Virus record (IMG/VR): IMGVR_UViG_2565956709_000006
Reading direction: 5' to 3' (one strand)
From: a virus
Taxonomy: Duplodnaviria; Heunggongvirae; Uroviricota; Caudoviricetes
Length of the DNA: 36,173 nt
In this document: piece after piece, positions 1-7,741 of the stretch
Position numbering within the stretch: position 1 is the first letter of the stretch
Layout: each line of letters opens with the position of its first letter
Notes under the pieces: generated by a model
Database searches by the model: none
Seen by the model: only the letters and a program-made list of their open reading frames with translations
Told to the model about the DNA's origin: nothing
Position numbers and translations under genes: made by a program

Positions 1-216
1 GGCTGGCCGCTGTATGAATCCCGCCTGAAGGGAAAGCTGCACGTAATCAGCAAGCGTTACACTCAGCGCATTGAGCGACATAACCTGAATCTGAGACAAC
101 ATCTGGCAAGGCTGGGACGGAAGTCACTGTCGTTCTCAAAATCGGTGGAGCTGCATGACAAAGTCATCGGGCATTATCTGAACATAAAACACTATCAGTA
201 AGTTGGAGTCATTACC
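1..216 (+). mobile_element. insB: IS1 right end (partial): 3' part of insB plus terminal inverted repeat
   Basis: Frame 1 from nt 1 translates to [66 protein letters not shown] with stop at 199..201, recognised as the C-terminus of IS1 InsB. The element ends ...GTTGGAGTCATTACC at 216, the IS1 terminal inverted repeat. The left part of the element lies outside the window. Confidence 0.85.
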
Positions 217-239
217 GTTCCAACATATGGAAGATAAGA

Positions 240-1430
240 ATGATATTTACACGATTGAGATTTATCAATTTGTACGCTTTTGAGGATGCAGAGCTTAACC
301 TGTCCTATCCAAGGAAACCTGTAAACATGCCTCTTGATGGGGAGTTTTTGGCTGGACGGCCTAAATTTTACTATAAAAAAGTCTGTATCATAACGGGGGG
401 AAATGCTTCAGGCAAGACGTCACTAGGGCGAATTCTTTGTGGAATTCAGGTGTTTCTAAGAACCAAAGAGTTGCGGAGTAATCTGCGAGTGAATAATAAA
501 AATAATGATGCTTCGTTTGAAGTAGACTTTGCTACGGAGGAACATTTTCATCATCGTTTGTATGTACGCTTTGCTACCAGTGAAGGCGGAGCGCACATAA
601 TCAAAGAAATTAAATATGGTTTTGTTCAAATAGCATTAAATGATTCTTGCTATAAAACCACAGAAAAACTGAATCAACTCTTTTCTGGAAGGGCCCCAGG
701 AGATACAGAATATTTTTTTCAGGAACTAGCTACTGATAGCGAACCAGTTGTATTGGAGTTTTTCAAGCAACTTAAGTTTTTTGGTGGATGGTACTATTTG
801 TTGTCTGAAACTAAAGAAAGTACCACTGCAATTTCAGGAATGAATAAAAATATTCTTGAAAGGATAATTCGCACTTTCGATTCAAGTATTATAGGAGTTA
901 CCGAGATGCTGGAGTCTGAAAGTGACGGGGATGAAAATAAATCATCTGCGGTTTATCTGATTAAATTTAAAAACTCTGATTCTCTTGTCGTTACCAGTAA
1001 AGGTGAAATAATTAACTCAGACCGTCTTTCTCGAGGAACATACGAGGCAGTGACGGTAGCGCATTTTATAAGCGCTATTATCTCTGATTGTGAAAGACTA
1101 GGTAAGCAATCTCTAATACCATCAATGACTTATTTTCTTGACGAGAAATTGGCTTATACACATTCAGAGTTAGAGCGTATGATTGTGGCGCTGATTATAT
1201 CTAATTTGAAAGAAAATACTCAGTTTTTCTATACAACGCATAACATGGATATTTTTGAGTTGGATCTGCCTGTTCACTCGTTCATTTTTATTAAAAAAAC
1301 GAAAGACTATTCGGAGTTTGTTGAAGCAAATTCAGTTGTTAAAAAAAATGACCGTAGCATGCGAAACGCTGTTGAGAGAGATGTCTTTGGTGTCTTACCT
1401 GACACATCATTAGTATCGGAGCTACTCTGA
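240..1430 (+). CDS. P-loop ATPase, ABC/SMC-like (OLD/AAA_15/AAA_21-type); candidate defence ATPase
   Basis: 396-aa ORF. Walker A GGNASGKTS at aa 53-61 (nt 396..422). N-terminal F-x-x-L-x-x-x-N-x-x-F-x-D pattern typical of RecF/SMC-like ABC ATPases. Signature-like LSRGTYE, Walker B-like TYFLDE, and H-loop-like TTHN near the C-terminus. About 38 percent GC, well below the phage structural genes. The stop overlaps the start of the next ORF (ATGA). Confidence 0.75.
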   Translation: MIFTRLRFINLYAFEDAELNLSYPRKPVNMPLDGEFLAGRPKFYYKKVCIITGGNASGKTSLGRILCGIQVFLRTKELRSNLRVNNKNNDASFEVDFATEEHFHHRLYVRFATSEGGAHIIKEIKYGFVQIALNDSCYKTTEKLNQLFSGRAPGDTEYFFQELATDSEPVVLEFFKQLKFFGGWYYLLSETKESTTAISGMNKNILERIIRTFDSSIIGVTEMLESESDGDENKSSAVYLIKFKNSDSLVVTSKGEIINSDRLSRGTYEAVTVAHFISAIISDCERLGKQSLIPSMTYFLDEKLAYTHSELERMIVALIISNLKENTQFFYTTHNMDIFELDLPVHSFIFIKKTKDYSEFVEANSVVKKNDRSMRNAVERDVFGVLPDTSLVSELL

Positions 1431-1963
1431 TGGCGGGGTTGTCTAAAATAAGAATAATTTTTGTCGAAGGTGAAACAGAAAACTCTCTTTTTCAGAAGAT
1501 GAAACAACAGAGAGTTATTGATGCCAAATCAATTGTAAAAAGAAACTTTTGGCAAGAGAGCATAAGAAATTATGCGATTACTATTCCGAAGGGAAGTGAT
1601 ATACTAATTGTCTTTGATAGTGATGAAGTGGAGCAATCTGCAAGATTCATTGAAAATGTAAAGTTCCTTAAAAACAGAGGGCATAAAGTTTATCTTTTGC
1701 AGCAGAAAAGAAATTTTGAGGAGGAGTTGGCCTGGTGTTGCGGAATTCCTGTAAAAAAACTAATTGCTGGGTTCTGTGCAAAAAAAACATCGGGTATAAA
1801 TGATTTCAAGAGAGATTTTATTGCTTGTAACAATCAACTTTCAAAGTTACTGAAAATGGGCATGCAGGAAACTAAGTGGTTTACAAGAGATTTACATACT
1901 GTATTGGAGCCTGTTGCAAGTTTTAAGTCATCTTTTTCTAAACATTTCAGGTTAACAAGATGA
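1430..1963 (+). CDS. small TOPRIM-like protein (OLD-TOPRIM / DUF4276 / RloB-like), probable nuclease partner of the ATPase
   Basis: 177-aa ORF translationally coupled to the upstream ATPase (TGATG overlap). N-terminal RIIFVEGETE (aa 8-17) and ILIVFDSDE (aa 59-67) match the conserved glutamate and DxD acidic motifs of TOPRIM domains. AT-rich. Family assignment is from motif recognition only. Confidence 0.6.
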   Translation: MAGLSKIRIIFVEGETENSLFQKMKQQRVIDAKSIVKRNFWQESIRNYAITIPKGSDILIVFDSDEVEQSARFIENVKFLKNRGHKVYLLQQKRNFEEELAWCCGIPVKKLIAGFCAKKTSGINDFKRDFIACNNQLSKLLKMGMQETKWFTRDLHTVLEPVASFKSSFSKHFRLTR

Positions 1964-2098
1964 TTTATTTTCTTTTTTGTTCAGTTGATTGTTTTTGTTT
2001 GTAAAATGTCTTGATTTTTTGCCAATAAACTGTTTCAATCCAGCTACGCTTCGCAAAGCTATACCGCGAGGCGAATAGCAGACATGGACACCTGAAAG

Positions 2099-2122
2099 AA
2101 CCCGCTTTATGCGGGTTTTTTT
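2099..2122 (+). terminator. Rho-independent terminator downstream of the ATPase/TOPRIM pair
   Basis: Hairpin CCCGC-TTTAT-GCGGG (2101..2115) followed by a run of 7 T. Confidence 0.6.
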
Positions 2123-2245
2123 ATGCCTGAAAAACGGCACAGAACATTAAACGCGCTGGTAGTTGTGAATACTGGTCTTTCAGCTTGCTGGCTTTTTCGA
2201 CAAGAGGTATTGGTATGTCACGTTAACCGGAAAAGGGAAAAAGGC

Positions 2246-2443
2246 ATGCTAAAACAGCAGGATATGACCGAAACCGCCAGAGTGGTGTTTAATGAATTAA
2301 GCGTCACCGAACCGGCGACCGTCGGGGAAATTGCGCAGAATACTTACCTTTCACGCGAACGCTGCCAGTTAATACTGACTCAGCTTGTTATGGCGGGTCT
2401 GGCAGATTATCAGTTCGGTTGTTACAGACGCCTTCCGCAGTGA
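2246..2443 (+). CDS. small hypothetical protein, possible HTH/winged-helix DNA-binding protein
   Basis: 65-aa ORF (internal start of track ORF 2123..2443) preceded by a purine-rich RBS (GGAAAAGGGAAAAAGGC). The segment ATVGEIAQNTYLSRERCQLILTQL resembles a helix-turn-helix. The track start at 2123 sits inside the terminator T-run and lacks an RBS. Confidence 0.35.
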   Translation: MLKQQDMTETARVVFNELSVTEPATVGEIAQNTYLSRERCQLILTQLVMAGLADYQFGCYRRLPQ

Positions 2444-2593
2444 AGGCTTTTTAATTTGTGGTAATGGGCGGCTGGTGGGTGTTAGCGGCACCTGCCAGCC
2501 ATCTGCTCATGCGTTGGGGTCACAAGCAAACCTCAGGCCCATCTGCTTTGCGCAAAAGCGGTATGAGCCTATCAGAGAAGTGCTTATTGATCT

Positions 2594-3643
2594 ATGGCTA
2601 ATACTGTAAAAATATCCAGTTGTGAGTTAATCAACGCTGATTGCCTGGAATTTATCCAGACCTTACCGGAAAACTCTGTCGATCTTATAGTCACAGACCC
2701 GCCATACTTTAAAGTGAAACCCGAGGGCTGGGATAACCAGTGGAAGGGCGACGATGATTACCTGAAGTGGCTGGACCAGTGTCTGGCGCAGTTCTGGCGG
2801 GTGCTGAAACCTGTCGGAAGTCTTTACCTGTTCTGTGGTCATCGCCTGGCATCTGATATCGAAATCATGATGCGTGAACGCTTCAGTGTGCTGAACCATA
2901 TTATCTGGGCGAAGCCGTCCGGACGCTGGAACGGATGCAACAAGGAAAGCCTGCGGGCGTATTTCCCCGCCACAGAGCGCATTCTGTTCGCGGAACATTA
3001 TCAGGGGCCGTATCGTCCGAAAGATGCCGGGTATGCGGCGAAGGGCAGTGCACTGAAACAGCATGTGATGGCCCCGCTGATTTCTTACTTTCGTGATGCG
3101 CGCGCGGCCCTGGGGATAACGGCAAAACAGATTGCAGATGCCACAGGAAAGAAAAACATGGTGTCGCACTGGTTCAGTGCCAGTCAGTGGCAGCTACCGA
3201 ACGAAAGCGATTATCTGAAATTACAGTCGCTGTTTGCCCGGGTGGCAGAAGAGAAACATCAGCGCGGTGAACTGGAAAAGCCCCACCACCAGCTGGTGGA
3301 TACGTATACGTCACTGAACCGGCAGTATGTGGAGCTGCAGAGTGAATATAAGCATCTGCGGCGGTATTTTGGTGTGACGGCGCAGGTGCCGTACACGGAT
3401 GTGTGGACACATAAACCGGTGCAGTTCTATCCCGGGAAACATCCGTGCGAAAAACCGGCAGAAATGCTGCAGCAGATAATCAGCGCAAGCAGTCGTCCGG
3501 GAGACCTGGTTGCAGATTTTTTTATGGGCTCAGGTTCAACGGTAAAAGCTGCACTGGCGCTCGGGCGTCGTGCGATTGGCGTTGAACTGGAGACCGGACG
3601 TTTTGAGCAGACAGTCAGGGAAGTTCAGGATTTAATCGTTTGA
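2594..3643 (+). CDS. DNA methyltransferase (N6-adenine type, beta-class), orphan, no cognate restriction gene
   Basis: 349-aa ORF. DPPY catalytic motif near the N-terminus (VTDPPYF) and FxGSGST AdoMet-binding motif near the C-terminus (ADFFMGSGSTV); motif IV before motif I is the beta-class order. No adjacent endonuclease ORF. Confidence 0.85.
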   Translation: MANTVKISSCELINADCLEFIQTLPENSVDLIVTDPPYFKVKPEGWDNQWKGDDDYLKWLDQCLAQFWRVLKPVGSLYLFCGHRLASDIEIMMRERFSVLNHIIWAKPSGRWNGCNKESLRAYFPATERILFAEHYQGPYRPKDAGYAAKGSALKQHVMAPLISYFRDARAALGITAKQIADATGKKNMVSHWFSASQWQLPNESDYLKLQSLFARVAEEKHQRGELEKPHHQLVDTYTSLNRQYVELQSEYKHLRRYFGVTAQVPYTDVWTHKPVQFYPGKHPCEKPAEMLQQIISASSRPGDLVADFFMGSGSTVKAALALGRRAIGVELETGRFEQTVREVQDLIV

Positions 3644-3692
3644 AACGGATGAGATTGCAGAATTAATTACGCACCATTATTATTCTGCTCCC

Positions 3693-3768
3693 GGCCCTTT
3701 AGCTCAGTGGTGAGAGCGAGCGACTCATAATCGCCAGGTCGCTGGTTCAAATCCAGCAAGGGCCACCA
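3693..3768 (+). tRNA. tRNA with anticodon CAU (tRNA-Ile2-like, lysidine type, or Met)
   Basis: Hand-folded cloverleaf: acceptor GGCCCTT/AAGGGCC, D-arm GCTC..GAGC, anticodon loop CTCATAA (anticodon CAT), T-arm GCTGG-TTCAAAT-CCAGC, 3' CCA. Closely resembles E. coli ileX-type tRNA. One A-C mismatch at the top of the anticodon stem. Confidence 0.85.
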
Positions 3769-3775
3769 TCACATA

Positions 3776-3852
3776 CCGCCATTAGCTCATCAGGAAAGAG
3801 CGCCAGCCTTCGAAGCTGGTTGCGCGGGGTTCAAGTCCCCGATGGCGGTCCA
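3776..3852 (+). tRNA. tRNA-Arg (anticodon UCG)
   Basis: Hand-folded cloverleaf: acceptor CCGCCAT/ATGGCGG, anticodon stem CCAGC/GCTGG with loop CTTCGAA (anticodon TCG), T-arm CGGGG-TTCAAGT-CCCCG, 3' CCA. Confidence 0.8.
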
Positions 3853-3865
3853 TTATCTGCATCAT

Positions 3866-3942
3866 GCGTTGTTAGCTCAGCCGGACAGAGCAATTGCCTT
3901 CTAAGCAATCGGTCACTGGTTCGAATCCAGTACAACGCGCCA
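3866..3942 (+). tRNA. tRNA-Arg (anticodon UCU, reads rare AGA)
   Basis: Hand-folded cloverleaf: acceptor GCGTTGT/ACAACGC, anticodon stem ATTGC/GCAAT with loop CTTCTAA (anticodon TCT), T-arm ACTGG-TTCGAAT-CCAGT, 3' CCA. Confidence 0.8.
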
Positions 3943-4179
3943 CACTTATTTTCCCTGGCTCGCTTTTGTGGGCCTTTTTTTTAAATGTCTCACAATTTAG
4001 GCGGTTGACTGTTGTCTGGTTTGCGGGGAGTTTGTTAAAAGAAACTGGCATGGTGAATCCCCCTGTGCGGAGGGGCAATCAGCGAGTAGGTATATGGGAT
4101 AATCGCGGATTCAGGTGCTGGTACTGAATTCACCGGGAGGCACCCGGCACCATGCAATGGCACATAGCGCCACTCTCCA

Positions 4180-4210
4180 GCCCCTCTCCGGAGGGGCTGT
4201 TTATATTGAT
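4180..4210 (+). terminator. Rho-independent terminator in the tRNA to nanS-p intergenic region
   Basis: Perfect 7-bp stem GCCCCTC/GAGGGGC with 4-nt loop (4180..4197) followed by a T-rich tract TGTTTATATTGATTTT. Confidence 0.55.
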
Positions 4211-4233
4211 TTTGTCAGATGTGAGTAAACTGC

Positions 4234-4569
4234 TTATGGACTTTGTTGTTTTAGCCCATAAGGACATATTTGCAGAGTGCAACGGTTATTAAAGCATTCA
4301 TTCAATACGTTATCTGTATTTGTAGGGCATTCCTGGCTGTTTTTGATTAAATTCCAGAATGTTTTATTGAATGGTACTACGTTGTAAATGGTTACAGGTA
4401 GCACTTTGTTATTGAGCATGATGCCTGTGTGAGTCAGTGTAAATATACTTTCAGGAGGTAAGAAAGCATCCGATTGATACCAGATTATTAATTTTATTTT
4501 ACTCCATATGACTGAAAAAGATATTCCGCATGATGGCTGGATAACTGTATCAATCACAATCCACTTCAT
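4234..4569 (-). CDS. hypothetical protein (AT-rich candidate ORF in the stx-equivalent slot)
   Basis: 111-codon open frame in an AT-rich region where stop codons are frequent by chance. Plausible RBS (AGGAAA about 6 nt upstream of the ATG) on the minus strand. No recognisable motifs. Confidence 0.3.
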   Translation of the reverse strand: MKWIVIDTVIQPSCGISFSVIWSKIKLIIWYQSDAFLPPESIFTLTHTGIMLNNKVLPVTIYNVVPFNKTFWNLIKNSQECPTNTDNVLNECFNNRCTLQICPYGLKQQSP

Positions 4570-4829
4570 TTAGTTTCCTTGTTTATGCCTTGCTGGTGAT
4601 GTTCTGAAAAGTATAAATGATATTTTTGATTGTAAACCATAGAGCAGAATTATTTTTCTGATGTTGTTTATTGTTTATTTAAATGCAGGGTGGTTTATAT
4701 CTCGTCTTGTAGTTTATCCATGCATATCTGCTTGATGATGAGGTTTTTATTTAAGGTATGGTTTTGTGTTTTTTCTGTATTACATGTCAGGTATTTTAAA
4801 GAATCATTTTTCAGATGGTGGAAAGAACC

Positions 4830-6683
4830 ATGGCATTTAAACACTATGATGTTGTCAGGGCGGCGTCGCCGTCAGATCTTGCGGAAAAGCTGACACATAA
4901 ACTGAAAGAGGGCTGGCAGCCGTTTGGTAGTCCGGTGGCCATAACCCCTTATACCCTGATGCAGGCGATTGCAGCAGAAGGTGATGTGGTCGTCAGTGGT
5001 GCAACTGAGCCGGAGTGGTACTACGTCATCGTACTGGCCGGGCAATCCAATGCCATGGCTTACGGTGAAGGGCTTCCGCTTCCGGATTCTTACGATGCGC
5101 CCCACCCACGCATTAAGCAACTGGCCCGTCGCAACACAGTGACTCCCGGTGGTAAAGCATGCGCATTTAACGACATCATTCCGGCAGACCACTGCCTGCA
5201 TGATGTTCAGGATATGAGCGCACTGAATCATCCGAAGGCAGACCTGAGCAAAGGGCAGTACGGCTGTGTCGGCCAGGGCTTACATATTGCCAAAAAACTG
5301 CTTCCGTATATCCCGAATAACGCGGGGATCCTGCTGGTACCATGCTGTCGTGGTGGTTCGGCATTCACCCAGGGCGCGGAGGGGACATTCAGTGCGGACA
5401 CGGGGGCCAGCCAGGATTCGGCACGCTGGGGTGTGGGTAAACCGTTATATCAGGACCTGATCGCACGCACCAAAGCGGCATTACAGAAGAACCCGAAAAA
5501 TGTGTTGCTGGCGGTGTGCTGGATGCAGGGCGAATTTGACATGAGCGCTGCCACCTACGCACAGCAACCGGACCTGTTCACGGCCATGCTGAAGCAGTTC
5601 CGTACTGACCTTTCCGGATTTAACGCGCAGTGCCATGGCGGCAGTGCTGCAGTTGTACCGTGGATTTGTGGCGACACGACGTATTACTGGAAAAACACAT
5701 ACGGCACACAGTATGACTCCGTCTACGGCGCATACAAAAACAGGGAGAGCGACAACGTTTTCTTTGTGCCGTTCATGACCGACGGTAACGGCAACAACAC
5801 GCCCACCAACTTACCGGCAGAAGACCCGGATATTGCTGATGCAGGTTATTACGGCGCGCAATCCCGTAGTAATGGTAATTGGGTATCGTCAAACCGCCCG
5901 ACACATTTCAGTTCATGGGCGCGCAGGAGCATTATTCCGGATCGTATGGCAACCGCTATTCTGAACGCAGCCGGGCGCACCTCAGCCTTCATCAGTGGTA
6001 AGGCACCGGAAATCAAACCCTCGCCCGGCGTCGACACGCCATCGGGGCCGTCTGAAGATGCATCCGTACGCACAATCTCCCTGTTGCCGACAGCCGGAGA
6101 GGCTGCTGCGCAGGGCTGGACCATTAAGGACGGCGGAATTCAGTTGTCGGGTGGTGTATTTAAGATCACCAAGCAGAGCAATAAAACTTGGTCCCTGATG
6201 CATCCGGTGGATGACGCAGTCTCCCTGCTGACACGGGGTGGCAGACTGAGCTGTAAGTTTCGACTGTCAGGCGCACTGACCAACAACCAGTTCGGTCTGG
6301 GAATTTATCTGTATACCGATGTAGCGTTACCTGACGTCGTGGCGATGACCGGGACTGGTAACCCGTTCCTGATGTCGTTCTTCACCCAGACCACAGACGG
6401 CAAACTGAATCTGATGCATCACAGGAAAGCAGGAAACACAAAGTTGGGCGAGTTCGGGAATTACAGTAACGACTGGCAGACGCTGGAGCTGGTGTTCACC
6501 GCCGGCAGTGCCACGGTTACTCCGAAACTGAATGGAGTGGCTGGCCCGGCATTCCAGGTCATAAAAGACAGTCTGACACTGGGGCTGAATGCGCTGACGC
6601 TGACGGATATTACCAAAAATGCAGCGTATGGCGTTGAGATAGAAAGTCTGGTGCTGGAGATAAATGCACCAGCATCATCATAA
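4830..6683 (+). CDS. nanS-p: NanS-p-type sialate O-acetylesterase (SGNH/SASA hydrolase with N-terminal DUF1737-like domain)
   Basis: Long ORF (track start 4815; the ATG at 4830 has the better RBS, GGTGGA). N-terminus AFKHYDVV..., SASA/SGNH esterase motif VLAGQSNAMAYGE. Same position (after the tRNA cluster, before the holin) as the esterase gene of Stx-converting phages. Assigned from recalled homology. Confidence 0.7.
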   Translation: MAFKHYDVVRAASPSDLAEKLTHKLKEGWQPFGSPVAITPYTLMQAIAAEGDVVVSGATEPEWYYVIVLAGQSNAMAYGEGLPLPDSYDAPHPRIKQLARRNTVTPGGKACAFNDIIPADHCLHDVQDMSALNHPKADLSKGQYGCVGQGLHIAKKLLPYIPNNAGILLVPCCRGGSAFTQGAEGTFSADTGASQDSARWGVGKPLYQDLIARTKAALQKNPKNVLLAVCWMQGEFDMSAATYAQQPDLFTAMLKQFRTDLSGFNAQCHGGSAAVVPWICGDTTYYWKNTYGTQYDSVYGAYKNRESDNVFFVPFMTDGNGNNTPTNLPAEDPDIADAGYYGAQSRSNGNWVSSNRPTHFSSWARRSIIPDRMATAILNAAGRTSAFISGKAPEIKPSPGVDTPSGPSEDASVRTISLLPTAGEAAAQGWTIKDGGIQLSGGVFKITKQSNKTWSLMHPVDDAVSLLTRGGRLSCKFRLSGALTNNQFGLGIYLYTDVALPDVVAMTGTGNPFLMSFFTQTTDGKLNLMHHRKAGNTKLGEFGNYSNDWQTLELVFTAGSATVTPKLNGVAGPAFQVIKDSLTLGLNALTLTDITKNAAYGVEIESLVLEINAPASS

Positions 6684-6769
6684 AAAGTGAGCCAGTCAAA
6701 TGGAAGGTATCGTTAAACTCACCGGTAGTGTCAGTGGGTCGTCTGAGATGCCTGCATGAGTTATCAGAG

Positions 6770-6798
6770 CCATCAGTACTTAACTGGTGGCTTTTTTT
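6770..6798 (+). terminator. Rho-independent terminator between nanS-p and the holin gene
   Basis: 8-bp stem (CCATCAGT/ACTGGTGG with one G-T wobble) followed by CTTTTTTT. Confidence 0.5.
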
Positions 6799-6833
6799 AT
6801 TGTTGTCAGCTTCCGGATAACGGGAGACGGGGT

Positions 6834-7049
6834 ATGTACCAGATGGAAAAAATCACAACAGGTGTGTCATACACCACGTCAGCGGTGGGAACGGGCTACT
6901 GGTTCCTGCAGTTGCTGGACAGGGTTTCCCCGTCTCAGTGGGCGGCAATAGGCGTGCTGGGGAGTCTGCTGTTTGGGCTGCTGACATATCTGACTAACCT
7001 GTATTTCAAAATCAGAGAGGACCGTCGTAAGGCTGCACGGGGAGAGTAA
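6834..7049 (+). CDS. S: holin (class I lambdoid S-type, dual-start motif)
   Basis: Internal start of track ORF 6756..7049 at MYQMEKITT (two Met three codons apart, typical holin/antiholin dual start) with RBS GGGAGACGGGG. Two hydrophobic segments and a charged C-terminus [11 protein letters not shown]. About 71 aa. Confidence 0.8.
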   Translation: MYQMEKITTGVSYTTSAVGTGYWFLQLLDRVSPSQWAAIGVLGSLLFGLLTYLTNLYFKIREDRRKAARGE

Positions 7050-7053
7050 TTCA

Positions 7054-7398
7054 ATGACTCAAAACTATGAACTGATTGTGAAAGGGATCCGCAATTTTGA
7101 GAATAAAGTTACGGTAACTTTAGCGTTACGGGACAAAAAACGCTTTGACGGTGAAATTTTTGACCTGGACATCTCGCTGGACCGTGTTGAAGGTGCCGCG
7201 CTGGAGTTTTATGAGGCAGCAGCCAGAAGGAGCATCAGACAGGTCTTCCTGGATGTTGCTGCCGGGTTATGTGAAGGGGATGAGCAGTCGCCGGAAAAGC
7301 GCCCCGTAATTTTAGAGGCGCAGGATGTGTTGATAACCTACAGAGGAAAACTACCGGGAATAATTACGGGTTCTCTGAAGAGTCCGCCGAAATGGTAA
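7054..7398 (+). CDS. hypothetical protein located between holin and endolysin
   Basis: 114-aa ORF starting 5 nt after the holin stop. No catalytic motifs recognised. Small unknown ORFs occupy this position in some E. coli cryptic prophages, but identity is unconfirmed. Confidence 0.5.
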   Translation: MTQNYELIVKGIRNFENKVTVTLALRDKKRFDGEIFDLDISLDRVEGAALEFYEAAARRSIRQVFLDVAAGLCEGDEQSPEKRPVILEAQDVLITYRGKLPGIITGSLKSPPKW

Positions 7399-7636
7399 TT
7401 TTACCAGCATATTTTTCATCCAGTAATACAGCAAGCCGCCTGAAAGAGTCTTGTTGTTCCTGAGACCATTTGGGATTGCATGATTCAAACTGGATTGATG
7501 CCAGCGTTGATTGCATCTGTTCCCTTGGAATTGAGAATGCCAGATATGAGAAGGCGACGGTAAGGGTATTCACGTCTTCCCGAAGCCTGGAAATGCTGTC
7601 GAGCAACTCCTGTAGAGAAATGGTGTTATTGTCCAT
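7364..7636 (-). CDS. hypothetical protein, convergent with and 3'-overlapping the preceding ORF
   Basis: 90-aa minus-strand ORF with a well-spaced RBS (GAGGAT, 5 nt, ATG). Its 3' end overlaps 7054..7398 by 35 nt. Protein-like composition, no recognised domain. Confidence 0.45.
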   Translation of the reverse strand: MDNNTISLQELLDSISRLREDVNTLTVAFSYLAFSIPREQMQSTLASIQFESCNPKWSQEQQDSFRRLAVLLDEKYAGKITISADSSENP

Positions 7637-7741
7637 AAATAATCCTCATGATTGTATTGACCTGTTAGCAGCCTGAGGCAACAGGCTGGAACTGATAAAC
7701 ATATCCAGGGCTCAGAAACCGATAAATCCTGATAAATATCC

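Noticed and set aside
2123-2443. Full 106-aa ORF starting at 2123
   Set aside because: The ATG at 2123 lies inside the terminator T-run with no RBS. The internal start at 2246 with a purine-rich RBS is more plausible, so the ORF was shortened rather than discarded.
3943-4829. Shiga toxin (stxAB) genes between the tRNA cluster and nanS-p
   Set aside because: The genomic context resembles Stx phages, but no ORF of the size or character of StxA (about 315 aa) or StxB (about 89 aa, signal peptide) exists here; only AT-rich non-coding DNA and one unrelated reverse ORF.
4690-4893. 67-aa plus-strand ORF overlapping the nanS-p start
   Set aside because: AT-rich upstream region in a different frame from nanS-p, with no RBS and hydrophobic junk composition; likely the promoter/leader region of nanS-p.
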